Shown here: positions 52,985 to 63,742 of the stretch, piece by piece | Layout: each line of letters begins with the position of its first letter | Numbering within the stretch: the stretch's first letter is position 1 | From: Octopus bimaculoides | Lineage: Eukaryota | Direction: 5' to 3' | Length of the DNA stretch: 63,742 bases | Assembly (NCBI RefSeq): GCF_001194135.2 | Contig: NC_068990.1 | Coordinates: forward strand, 41,126,289 to 41,190,030 | Notes under the pieces: model-generated | Seen by the model: the letters and a program-made list of their open reading frames with translations, nothing else | What the model was told of the DNA's origin: nothing | The model's database searches: none | Program-made: the position numbers and the translations under genes

Positions 52985-53112
52985 AAGCCGCCGAGGTCGA
53001 CTTTGATTTATATCTTTCGGGGTCGATAAATTAAGTACCAGTTGTGTACTAAGGTCGATCTAATCGACTGGTCCACTCTCCCAAAATTTCGGGCCTTGAA
53101 TACAAAAGAATA
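52985..53112 (+). mobile_element. 5'-truncated family M SINE
   Basis: GCCGAGGTCGACTTTG...TTTCGGGGTCGATAAATTAAGTACCAG...AAAAGAATATT. Confidence 0.88.
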
Positions 53113-53387
53113 TTTAGATATGTTTGTTTGTGTATGTATGTGTGTGTGTCCCTATCTGTATATGCATATGTGTTTATATGCATATGTGTGAGTGTGTGTT
53201 TATATATGTATGCGCGTGTGTGTGTATATATATATATATATAGTTATGCATGTGTTTGTATATTTATATATGTGTGCATGTTTTTCTCTTTTACTCTTCA
53301 TTAGAAACCCTGTCACCTTCTATATATGTTTTCATCTATATACGCGATGTTAGCTTCACTGGGTTGCTACCCGCACACTGCACCCAG

Positions 53388-53445
53388 CATTCAATACACG
53401 GTATTCCCTATTTACTAACAATAACTACGACGATTACTTACAAAG
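53388..53445 (+). CDS. Candidate 58-nt internal exon (phase 1-2): xFNTRYSLFTNNNYDDYLQx
   Basis: Acceptor ACACTGCACCCAG| (moderate), donor AAG|GTATGA. Its phases join the 36747 and 58584 candidates in frame. Confidence 0.4.
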
Positions 53446-54241
53446 GTATGATGCTGCTTTGGGTGTGACTGAGAATCAATACTAGATCACTGGCACCCTC
53501 TCTTGTACTACGTTGTGAAACATAGACATATGTCAAACATTTGTCACTGAAAAAAAGAAACAAAAATTCTAGTTAATAAAGATTAATTAGAATTAATTCG
53601 AATCTTCTAGAATTTCTTCTAATTAACCTTATTTTACTGCCATCAAACATCTATGCCTTAATTACTCCCTTTGACATCATTGCATTCTTCGGTGTCTCTT
53701 TCTCATTTAAAACATTTTTGTTTGTTTTCTTATTCCCTTAGCTGATTCACCCATCACCAGCCCATCCTTTGCATCTCTCTCCTCTCTCTTCTTTCTGTTT
53801 GTAATTAAATATACTGTGTAATGCCCTAAATACTTACTGAGCGACACTCACACACAACACACACACACACACACACACATACATACACGGAGATACGCAA
53901 TCACACATGAAATTAAATTTAGATAAATGTCGGTCTAATATGAATGCAATGTAATAATGCTGTGCTGTATACCAAGAGTTCCCAAGTGATTGGGTTCGAA
54001 GATACATTCACTATTTGTTGTTGAACACGAAGTCAGGTTGTAGGGGGCAACAAAAAAGAAAATCGGAACATTTTGAGGGCGAGGACCTGACCCCACTTAA
54101 CGTCATTATGTTAAAGCAGCATGCGTATAGGCTTTGATCGTCGAGAAATAGCAACCAAATCTCTTTCAAATGACAATATATCGTCTTTGTGGAAAGCAAA
54201 ATAAATAAAATAGAATAGAATAAAAGAAAAGAAAAAGAAAA

Positions 54242-54395
54242 ATATGGCTGTGAGGTTAAAAAGCTCGCTTTGCAATCACGTGCTGTCGGTTTCAATGCCA
54301 CTGCACAGCACCTTAGGCAAATGTCTTCTACTTCAATCCTGGGTTAACCAATGCCTTATAAGTGAATCTGGTCACGGAAATTGTGTGAAAGAGTA
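54242..54395 (+). mobile_element. CORE-like SINE head fragment (a second fragment lies at 54538-54630)
   Basis: TGGCTGTGAGGTTAAAAAGC...GCACCTTAGGCAAATGTCTTCTAC. Confidence 0.75.
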
Positions 54396-54900
54396 CCATG
54401 ACATTGAATAAGATTATTCAAATTGTCTTACGAATACGTAGTTGACTGCCTACCTACCTACCTACCTACCTACTTATCTACCTAAGATATACTTACCTAT
54501 ACGCACACACACGCGCATGCACTATTAGCTATATATAGGTTCAGCCTCACTGCGCAGGAACTTGGGGAAGTGGGACTGGCCATCGACTTGTGAGTGGATT
54601 GGGCAGACTGAAACCGAAAGAAGCCCGTCGTGTGTGTGTGTGTGTGTGTGTGTGNNNNNNNNNNNNNNNNNNNNNNNNNNNNNNNNNNNNNNNNNNNNNN
54701 NNNNNNNNNNNNNNNNNNNNNNNNNNNNNNNNNNNNNNNNNNNNNNNNNNNNNNNNNNNNNNNNNNNNNNNNNNNNNNNNNNNNNNNNNNNNNNNNNNNN
54801 NNNNNNNNNNNNNNNNNNNNNNNNNNNNNNNNNNNNNNNNNNNNNNNNNNNNNNNNNNNNNNNNNNNNNNNNNNNNNNNNNNNNNNNNNNNNNNNNNNNN

Positions 54901-54979
<79 letters not shown>

Positions 54980-55659
54980 CATACACACAAAAATTCCTTA
55001 AATTTGGCATCACAATATATTGTAAAGAATACACAAATTACACCTGACCACAAGTTATATGTTGTGTGTGTGTATATGTTGTGTGTGTGTTTATGTGTGT
55101 TTGTGTGTGTGTGTATGTGTGTGTATGTGAGTGGGTGGGTGTGTATCTGTGTATGTGTGATGTGTGCTTATATCCAGTCTCAAGCATTATCTCCTACATA
55201 TGTATGAAAGCAGAAATACAATGAGATACACACAAGCACTGTCACACATACACTCGCAGGTACACGCCCACATCTACTTACATTTTCCCCATCACAATTA
55301 TTAACACTTATTTATATCAAATTAGCGCAATATGAATAAATTATATATTTATCACCTATTCCATGCCTTTTGAACCTTGTCTAGTATTATAGCCTCCTGT
55401 CTATAAAATAATATAGTTATACTGTAGAGATTATGTTATTTCTTCTGTTGCTTCTCTAATAGCAGCCACCAATGAACTGCTTTCTAATATCAGTCAAACA
55501 GAGTTCACTGATAAACAGAATACAGAAAACAATCTAACTTACCCGCATTTCTAGCTACTAACGTTTGCACCAGCCAATGTGGATGCGAGTATATGCAGCC
55601 TTCTGATCTTCTAGAGATAGTAACCAAATTGCCAAGTCACATCCTACCTTCGTAAATAA

Positions 55660-55693
<34 letters not shown>

Positions 55694-55699
55694 TGAGTT

Positions 55700-55900
55700 C
55701 AAAAAAGAAAAATGACAAAAAACAACAACAAAAAACAACAACGTGAGGACGTGATACAGATATTGTGTTACTGGACGCTCAGGAAAGGAAAGAAAGAGAA
55801 TTTGACGTTTCGAGCGGAGATCTTCGTCGGAAATATAGGAAAGTCCAAAGTAGGGAAGACGGAGGAAGAAAAGATCGCCAGCGATATACACGAGGTTACA
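55700..55900 (-). mobile_element. Penelope-like terminal-repeat fragment with a hammerhead motif (55800-55834)
   Basis: Minus strand: ATTT-CCGACGA-A-GATC-TCC-GCTC-GAAA-CG-TC-AAAT. U4>C change in the core; GUC cleavage triplet. Confidence 0.7.
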
Positions 55901-56639
55901 TTCCTGAAAATCAATGTATGTATGTATGTATGCATGTATGTATGTATGTATGTATGTATGTATGTGTGTATGTTTGTCTAAAACTAATAATTGCCTAGCT
56001 TTTTACACTTGACCACTTTAACGGACTGCCGGATGTTCACCTTGTGCTCAGAAAACAAAGAAAATGTTTATATAATATGGATGGAAGATGAATATTTCAT
56101 GTTGGAATACTTGTAATCTATTAGATAAGAAAACTGAATGTAGACCTGAATATCTTACAGCTCTCGAACGAAGCACATAAAATGTAAGGTAATTTTTATA
56201 ACCAACTGAATATTGGTGTATTATTAGAACATCGAATACTGCGTTATTAGCCTTGAGAGATCCTCTCATTTAGGCACTTGGTGCATAAAAGCACACAGTA
56301 GAATGAAATTACGGGATATCATTCTACTGGAATTCATTAGTGGAAGGCGTCCGGTCACCGCATGCTAGTCAAATATCGCTGCTACAATAATATAGAATAT
56401 CAGCATTTTTGAGACATAAATGTGGCAAATAGCCAGCAGGTTTGTTTAAAATAAATTATTAGCGACAGTAGCAATTTTAATACCCAAAGATAATCCATAT
56501 ATCCAACTTAACACGAATGCCTTGTTAGTACACCGGATACTGCGTTAATAACTTTAAGAAGTTCCTCTCATATAGGTGCTCGGTGCATAAAAGCACACAC
56601 ATAGATCGTAACAGACGAGAATCCTCTTCCATGGCCGCT

Positions 56640-57660
56640 GAAACTCCCATATCACGTGATTTAAGTTTGCAGTTCGATCTGAAATCCTCAAAAATTGGAG
56701 GAGCTTCCTATTGCTATAAATGACCGTTTGGTAACAATGCCTCTAGCCTTGGGGGATGTGCGATTTGATACTCTGATAATTGCCTATACTCCTACTCTTA
56801 CCAATTCTCACGACGAAGAAACAACTTTCTATGCCTAGCTGAGTGTTGTACTCAGGATAATCTACAAGCCAAACAATATCAGATTGGATCAGATTGGCAA
56901 ACGTGGAACCATGTTGTGCGTTTCGGTGTAGGGAAGACGAATAGTAATGATCTCATATTCCTAGAGCGTTGTGATGAATATGGTCTTTACGTTGCAAATA
57001 CTCACTTTATACGCAAAGGTGATCACACAACAACATGGATACACTCGAGGTCTAAAAGTTTAGCACTTGCTGGATTATTTTACCATCCGCAAGCGTGATA
57101 TCTGTGACATTTGTAATGGCAAGTCATTTCATAGATCGGAGTGTTGGACAGACCACTGCTTGGTACAAGGAAAGTTCCGGATGGTAATCACAGTGAAAGA
57201 GAGAAGAGAACCATCTGGAATTCCTTGGCGCTTGAATGTCTTTAGAATCATGTATGCAGCATCGAAAATATTACAACTTTGGAAAAGTTTCGAGACCAGG
57301 ACTTTCCTTGCGCTGCTGAAACACTGCGACACACATTAGCCAATCATAGGGACTGATAAGATGAAAAGGATGCTCGCAGCATTTTACTGTAGTTGTAGAT
57401 GCAACTCATACTATTCGACATAAACCTGTCATCAGTTTATTTGACTCTACATTCTAAATAGGCAACGTAGTAACAGCAATAAGTAAGCTGAATCTGGGTA
57501 AAGAATCTAGTAAAAACAGAATTAACACTAAAGTCTTGTACTTCGGCCGTGGTTATATCACACAAGATTCACGAATTTATTAGTGTAATCTAGAGGGATG
57601 GGATTATTCCCTAGTACTGGAAAGATGCAATTATCCTTCCTATCTATAAAGGAAAGGGAG
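56640..57660 (+). pseudogene. RTE (BovB-like) LINE relic: APE endonuclease plus the start of RT, internally deleted
   Basis: KLEELPIAINDRLVTM...AYTPTLTN; FGVGKTNSN...LYVANTHF; TTWIHSRSK; LDYFTIRKRD; ECWTDH; then IWxDGIIP.YWKDAIILPIYKGKG-like at 57560-57660. Confidence 0.88.
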
Positions 57661-57667
57661 TCAGAAT

Positions 57668-57860
57668 CATCATCATCATCATCATCACCCAGTCGAACTC
57701 GCTCGGATATTTTTCGTCTGCACACATCGTCCATCTCGATCCTGCATGATTTGAGGTAGGTCTTCGGGGAGGCGTCAAGTGTCCCTGATGAGTTGACCTA
57801 CAGACATAGGTCATTTGCCAGCTCTTGCTCGCCAGAAATGTCACTCAAAACGTAAGCGCT
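57668..57860 (-). mobile_element. RTEX-like LINE 3' end with a (TGA)n tail
   Basis: TYV..QLIRDT*RLPEDLPQIMQDRDGR...NIRASSTG* followed by GATGATGAT. Confidence 0.75.
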
Positions 57861-57899
57861 TTTCCGTCATAAAACTGTTTTTTGGTTGAATGAGTTCTC

Positions 57900-58240
57900 C
57901 AAGATATGTTTAAGGCTGCTCTTAATATTCAGTTGTAAGTTCTGTCTAGCTTGGATTTCAGTTATTTGTTAAACTACCAAGCTATCGCTCTACTGATTCT
58001 ACTGCTGAAAAAAATATTCTTAAGATTGTCTGACTGGGTTGATTTCCAGACAACAAACAGTCTGGGACCTCTATCAGTATCAACACCTGTTTTAAACTCA
58101 AACATCGCGAAGTAAAGTGCTTTGCATTCGAACACAGCGCGTCTGCCGGACCGAGAATGAAATCCACAATTGTATCAAGATCAAGAGCAGAGTTGCATAA
58201 TCTCTGGGCCATGTACCTTATTGCCCCGCCCTCGAATTTG
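57900..58240 (-). mobile_element. Possible highly decayed mariner 5' end
   Basis: TIR-like CGAGGGCGGGGCAATAAG and AMFEFKTGVDT, similar to the mariner N-terminal helix. Weak. Confidence 0.3.
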
Positions 58241-58583
58241 TTGACTTGTACCTGTATTATAATCAATATAATTTGGTAGATTCTAAACAAGGTCAGTTTG
58301 TAATATATAACGATGATACTATCATACATAGAACAAAATTAAATTTATTTGTAGCTAACATTTATGTAGGGGTTTCACCATAGATTCATGTCTGGCTAAA
58401 GAATGTACAACAACGACTATGTTATAATAAAGATATTATAGTATTTGTCTACCAAAAATATGCAACACTTCCTTTCTTATCACTGAATATCTTCTTTCTT
58501 TCTCCAACCCGCCACTGGGATCAGTATAGTGGTAGATGAGACCATAAGAATTGAAGTTTATCAAATATTACCCATTTTCACAG

Positions 58584-58686
58584 CAAAAGCCCGTTCGAAG
58601 TTGTTGATGATCCATCTACCCCGAGCCCCTTCTCAGGCCCTAACAACATGGCTTTCTTTGATGAAGCTAATGAATTTAATAGTTAA
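58584..58686 (+). CDS. Candidate terminal coding exon (phase 2): xKSPFEVVDDPSTPSPFSGPNNMAFFDEANEFNS*
   Basis: Acceptor TATTACCCATTTTCACAG|, raised GC and a natural-looking peptide. Followed by ~800 nt free of microsatellites and SINEs, with AATAAA signals. Confidence 0.5.
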
Positions 58687-59022
58687 GATAATGATAACAT
58701 AATCTACTTAAAACCAAGTATGCGATGAAGAAAATACCACAGAAATTAGATTACTCTATATACTTACTATTTTGGTAAGTACGGGAAACAAATACGATCA
58801 TATTTTAGCCTTATTAGGTCTTGTCACGGAAATACAAACATCATTGAACAAGCTGGTATACGGAAGACAGAAATATTATGTAGTTACACAATGCTGTAAC
58901 ACAGAAAGTTCTCACAAATGCAGTATGTTGAATAACTGAGATCATTGTTGCTGGAACGTTTGAAAATATTGGGAGATAAATCCAATAAGATCAAATGATC
59001 GAAATTTTGGGACAATATATAC

Positions 59023-59028
59023 AATAAA
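59023..59028 (+). terminator. Candidate polyadenylation signal AATAAA (alternatives at 59337-59346)
   Basis: Lies downstream of the candidate terminal exon. AATAAA is common in AT-rich DNA, so the evidence is weak. Confidence 0.2.
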
Positions 59029-61113
59029 GACTGAAGTTCATTGGGCCCTTTTTTAAAAGGCCAACGCTGTAATTTATGTTGACTGTACTATCTAGAAATA
59101 GTGATCATCTGATCTTATTAGAGTTATGTCTCCTGCCTATTGTTTTTACATTTTCAACGCTCCTAGAAGTTTTTGTCCACCAATTGCGTGGATAATTTCA
59201 ATTGTGTGGATCTTTCAAGGCCCTGCTGTATGCATATTTAGCATGTTGAACCTCTCCTGAGGTAATTTTCCCAAGCCAAGTTTCTGATGTAGAATATTAT
59301 ACGCAAACAAAAGTAACAAAAATGCACAAATAAGTGAATAAATAAACAACCAAGGTTAATTACTCAGGGACGCCATGTGCATGATATTCCAATAGTTAGG
59401 CTGCTATCAATTTATATTGTAATGTATCGTTGCAGGAACTGAAAAGTTGATTGAGAACCGAGCACCAAATAGACTTTATCAGATGTGCCATTTATTCCTC
59501 GTTGATTCTGTTTTCAATTATTATTTCCTGTATGTAAAGTGATGTAGTGTAGCTGTATGCATACGTGTGTGTGTTTATGTGATCATGTAACAATGATGTA
59601 CATTGAATAAAGTATATAATTTTAAATGTGCGTGTGTCTGTGTGTGTGTGTTAATACGTGTATATGCGTTAATAGGTGTGTATGTGTGGGTATGTGTGTG
59701 TTGATAGGTGTGTGTGAATGTACATATGTCTACATAATTAGTGCAATTCATTTCAGTAGCCACCTTCCAACCTCCTCCTCTTCATCAGACAACAGCAAAG
59801 CCAGAATAATGTTTTACTAGAAGTAGTCATGACCAGACAGTAAGGAAATATCACAAGTTAACATGTTATTATTTACACAATTATTGAATATTGATTAAGC
59901 AATTCTTGGCCATTATTTTCAAACATGTTCCAGCAATAAAAATCAAAATTTCTCTTTATTCTTTGCCACAACAACGAAACGAATACAATTTCCCTGCTAA
60001 AATGTTTAAATTAAGCCTATATATTTCTCTTTACAATTTTATAATACATAGGCGCATAGACACACACACACACACCTATACATATATACATATAATTATA
60101 TACATATATTTATACATTTATATGCGTTTGTATGTGTGTGTAACTTTAATTTTACAACAATTTATTTATTTATTTAATCACTGGTTTTTAAATTTAGTTT
60201 TATTTTAATGTCATTCATGTCTTTATAGTTATTTACGTGTTTATATTTGAGTCAATAATAAAATGCTTATATTTGCTTGGCGTATACAAGCTCTAAAATA
60301 CCCATCATTCATAGAAACCGGATGTATTTAAAGATCAATAATTGTTTACACGCTTTTGAATTTTTTCTCCCTTTTTTTCACACTTTTTCGGATACTTTAT
60401 TTTTATTAATTATATTATTCTTTTTCATGTTTTCTTCTGATCTCCCTTATTTTTCATTCTCCAATATCAATGTCTCTTTTATTTATATTTATTCACTTCA
60501 ACCTTCCACTCTCTATATATTTTCAACCTCCCTTTTATTTTCGTCGTTCCCCTTTAAATTTTTTGCTCACCTCTTTCGCTCTCTTTTCTCTTTCTCTTCT
60601 CTTATCATAAATTTCAGATTCTCTCATATGTCTCTCTTCTCTCCCTTTCTCTCTCTTTCTCTTTCTTTTTCTCTCTCTCTCACAAGCACACACACACATA
60701 CGTACATGCACACACACACATTTATGCACTATCTCTTATTTCATGTCAGCCATATCTATTTGTTACTGCTTCAATCTTTTTTTATCTCCTTCTCGTAACT
60801 ACTTTAACCCTCTCTCTCTCTCTCTCTTCCCTCACTCTCTGTCTCCCTGTCTATCTATCCATCTACAGCTCTCCCTCGTTATCTGTCTCTCTTTATAAAT
60901 AGATGTATATATATGTAGTTATGTGGAGAAACTGCGGTTTAAACAATAAATTACCTGCCTCTGGATACCTTCTAACGAAGACGGTACCCACACAAGTAAT
61001 TTCCAGGAGTGCCTCCGGATTTAAATATCCCCTGGTTGCTGGGATACTTCAGACTACCCCTAAATATTGAAGCAATCCAATCATTTACCTATATATATAT
61101 ATATATATATATA

Positions 61114-61150
<37 letters not shown>

Positions 61151-61359
61151 GTATATATATATATATATATATNNNNNNNNNNNNNNNNNNNNNNNNNNNN
61201 NNNNNNNNNNNNNNNNNNNNNNNNNNNNNNNNNNNNNNNNNNNNNNNNNNNNNNNNNNNNNNNNNNNNNNNNNNNNNNNNNNNNNNNNNNNNNNNNNNNN
61301 NNNNNNNNNNNNNNNNNNNNNNNNNNNNNNNNNNNNNNNNNNNNNNNNNNNNNNNNNNN

Positions 61360-61560
61360 GTTTAACGCTCGGGAAGTGAAACAGTCTTTAACGTTTCGAG
61401 CCTACGCTCTTCCACTAAAAGGAACACACAAAGAAACAAAGAGAGAAAATAAAGAATGTGTAGTGGCTTGCGATCTATCATGGCGAATGCCGGACAGAGG
61501 GGTCACACAGGAGAGCTAGGAAGAAGGGGAGATAATAAAGTAGTGGTGATCCCAAAACGA
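61360..61560 (-). mobile_element. Penelope-like terminal-repeat fragment with a variant hammerhead (61386-61421)
   Basis: Minus strand: CTTT-TAGTGGA-A-GAGC-GTAG-GCTC-GAAA-CG-TT-AAAG. Shares the downstream TTCCxGAGCGT with the 49440 and 55700 copies. Confidence 0.6.
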
Positions 61561-62040
61561 AAGTGCGCGTGCGTGTGCATAAGACAGCATGTATGTGCGA
61601 GTAGAAGAGGGCTGGTGACCTTGACGTGTGCGTGTGTGTATGTTTAGGTGTATGGATGATGGTGTGGGGCTGGGAAGTGGTCATTACTAGTGTGTGCGTG
61701 GAGGTGTGATGTGATGTGATGTGGTATGGTGGTGTATGGTGTGGTGGTGTGTGGTGTGGTGTGATGGTGTTGGGATGTGGGGGAGGCGAGAGTGAGGAAG
61801 CAAGGATGGGCTGTGAGATAGGCTGAGGTGGGAGTAGAGGTGGGGTTACGATGGAGGGGCGACGATGAAGGGAGAGGGGGAAGGGGGAAGGTGGGTAGGA
61901 GTGAAGAGAAGAGAGAAGGAGAGCAGCAGTGAAAAGAAGAAGCAGGAGTTGGAGCAAGAGAGGNNNNNNNNNNNNNNNNNNNNNNNNNNNNNNNNNNNNN
62001 NNNNNNNNNNNNNNNNTATATATATATATATGCACACACA

Positions 62041-62816
62041 CGGGGGTTACCCGAAAGAAACCGGAATTTTGCAATATTATTTTATTGACTTAGTTTTACA
62101 TGTTTACACTTTTATCGCCTTCAAATTATTCTCCATTCGAAGCAAAGCATCGATCTAGACGCGTTTTCCACTATTCGAAGCAGTCCAGGAACTCCTGCAA
62201 ATATTGTAGCACCAGCTTTTGTCACCAGAGCTGAAAAAAGGGCCAGATCAACTTCCAACTGTTCTTTCAGTTCACGACACGCATTCAAATTTTACTGCAG
62301 CTCTTTTCATTCGCAACTCATCTCTCAAAATTCGTTGGCAGGAGCTTCAGGACACACCATTATCAATAAGTTCCTCAATTGTTCGGTGACGGCTCTTCAA
62401 GATCAGTTCATGAATTTTCATGATGTTTCCAGACGTTCGGTAGTTAGATGGTTGTCCCGAAGGAGGTTGGTCTTCAAGCGGCAAGTGACCACTCCTAAAG
62501 AATGGTAACCCCTCGTAGACGTGTTTTGCTCATGGCAGCGTCCCTGTAAGCTGTTTGAAGCAAGGCAACTGTTTTGGCCGCCGTTTTCCCCAACAGAAAA
62601 CAGAATTTCACGGATGCACTCCTTTCCTTCCATTTTCAGCCATCACAAAAATCGATGAACAAAGACGCACCATGTAGCAGTACCATCTGAGCGGACGACG
62701 CCGACAGGCAGGCTGATGCCTGAGTGTCACATTAAGTGACTTCTAGCGGCGGAAGTTTGAACTACAACAGCTTGTCCCACAGTGAACATTTTCGGTTACT
62801 TTTGGGTACTCCTTCG
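62041..62816 (-). mobile_element. 776-bp internally deleted mariner with both TIRs
   Basis: TIRs CGGGGGTTACCCGAAAGAAACCGG / CGAAGGAGTACCCAAAAGTAACCG, with TA on the right flank. ORF relic from 62643: VKFCFLLGKTAAKTVALLQTAYRDAAMSKT...LEDQPPSGQPS...; C-terminus WKTRLDRCFASNGE*FEGD. The catalytic core is missing. Confidence 0.92.
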
Positions 62817-62834
62817 TATATATGTATGTGTAGG

Positions 62835-63050
62835 AGTCTGTGTTTGTCCTCCACTAATGCTTGACAATCGGTCTTCGTTTGTTTGTGTCCCCGTAACATT
62901 GCGGTTCAGCATCAAGAACAACCCCACCCACCAAAAAAGAAAAAGAATAAGTTTTAAAAAGTCCAGAGGTCGATTCATTCAACTAAAAGTTCTTCAAGGC
63001 GGAGCCCCAGAATGGCCATAGTTTAAGGACTGAAGCAGTTAAAAGTTAAA
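62835..63050 (+). mobile_element. CORE-like SINE 3' half, degenerate
   Basis: GCTTGACAATCGG...CCCCGTAAC...CAAGGCGGAGCCCCAGAATGGCC...GACTGAAGCAG. Confidence 0.75.
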
Positions 63051-63442
63051 AGCTATATTATATATGTGTGTGTGTGTGGGGGGGGTGTATACATATATCC
63101 CCTCCCCGCAATACTCACTTCCCAAATCCCTCTCTCCCCTCCTATATCCCTCCCGCAATCCGCCCTCCCTTACAACATGAAACAAGGCCAGTTTTAAAAC
63201 ACAACACTCTCTCGGTATAACAATACAGAGTAGTTTAATTTTCCTCTTTAAATTCTGTTTTATCTTCTATTCTATTTATTGGCGAATTTTTCTAATTACT
63301 ATTCCATTCCATACGCTCGTGAGAGTCTATGTGTGTCTATATGCATGTGTTGTTATATCTATATGCGTCCATCCGTATGTGCACGTACATATATTTCAAA
63401 TGATTGTGTGTGCATGTGTTGGTGTGTGCTTTTGTATGCGAG

Positions 63443-63491
<49 letters not shown>

Positions 63492-63601
63492 TTATATATC
63501 TATCTATCTATTTATCTATCTATCTGTCTGTTTGTCTGTCTAACTATATATCAGTCTATCTATCTGTCTGTCTATCTATCTGTCTATTTATCTATCTATC
63601 T

Positions 63602-63649
<48 letters not shown>

Positions 63650-63650
63650 A
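63443..63650. repeat. (TATC)n / (CA)n compound microsatellite, representative of dozens of such tracts in the window
   Basis: Direct reading. Confidence 0.97.
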
Positions 63651-63742
63651 TATTGATTGCTTGAATCACGTTGTTATTTTGAACAGCTACGCATTCACCC
63701 ACCCCTCTCTTCAAATAATATGCAGAGATGCATACAAGCACA

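Noticed and set aside
57785-57860. CTGATGAG followed by a 7-bp stem (TGACCTA/TAGGTCA), hammerhead-like
   Set aside because: No correctly placed GAAA or helix I. The sequence is simply the antisense of RTEX coding sequence (QLIRDT).

Overview
AT-rich, microsatellite-saturated animal (eukaryotic) genomic DNA from a draft assembly, with 17 N-gaps totalling about 4 kb. The SINE families and simple-repeat style strongly suggest an octopus or related coleoid cephalopod (inference). There is no intact long ORF. Nearly all ORF-track entries are microsatellite or gap artefacts. The window looks like large introns packed with transposon relics: (i) Tc1/mariner elements, including a near-full-length DD36E copy, a DD37D (maT-type) 3' fragment, an internally deleted mariner with both TIRs and a MITE; (ii) a 159-bp hAT-type MITE with an 8-bp TSD; (iii) R4/Dong-like RT-REL retrotransposon pieces; (iv) RTE, RTEX and CR1-clade LINE relics, one RTE carrying an apparent 5' inversion; (v) Penelope-like element (PLE) remnants; and (vi) three to four tRNA-derived SINE families showing module swapping and a propagated dimer. 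The most notable signal is a set of minimal type-I hammerhead-ribozyme motifs in PLE-like repeats (41721, 49486, 55800-, 61386-, weaker at 52905). They show stem covariation between copies, one variant core and one adjacent antisense copy. Three small plus-strand candidate exons (36747-36797, 53388-53445, 58584-58686) splice in frame into a plausible protein C-terminus of an unidentified host gene. All assignments are by eye and need database confirmation.
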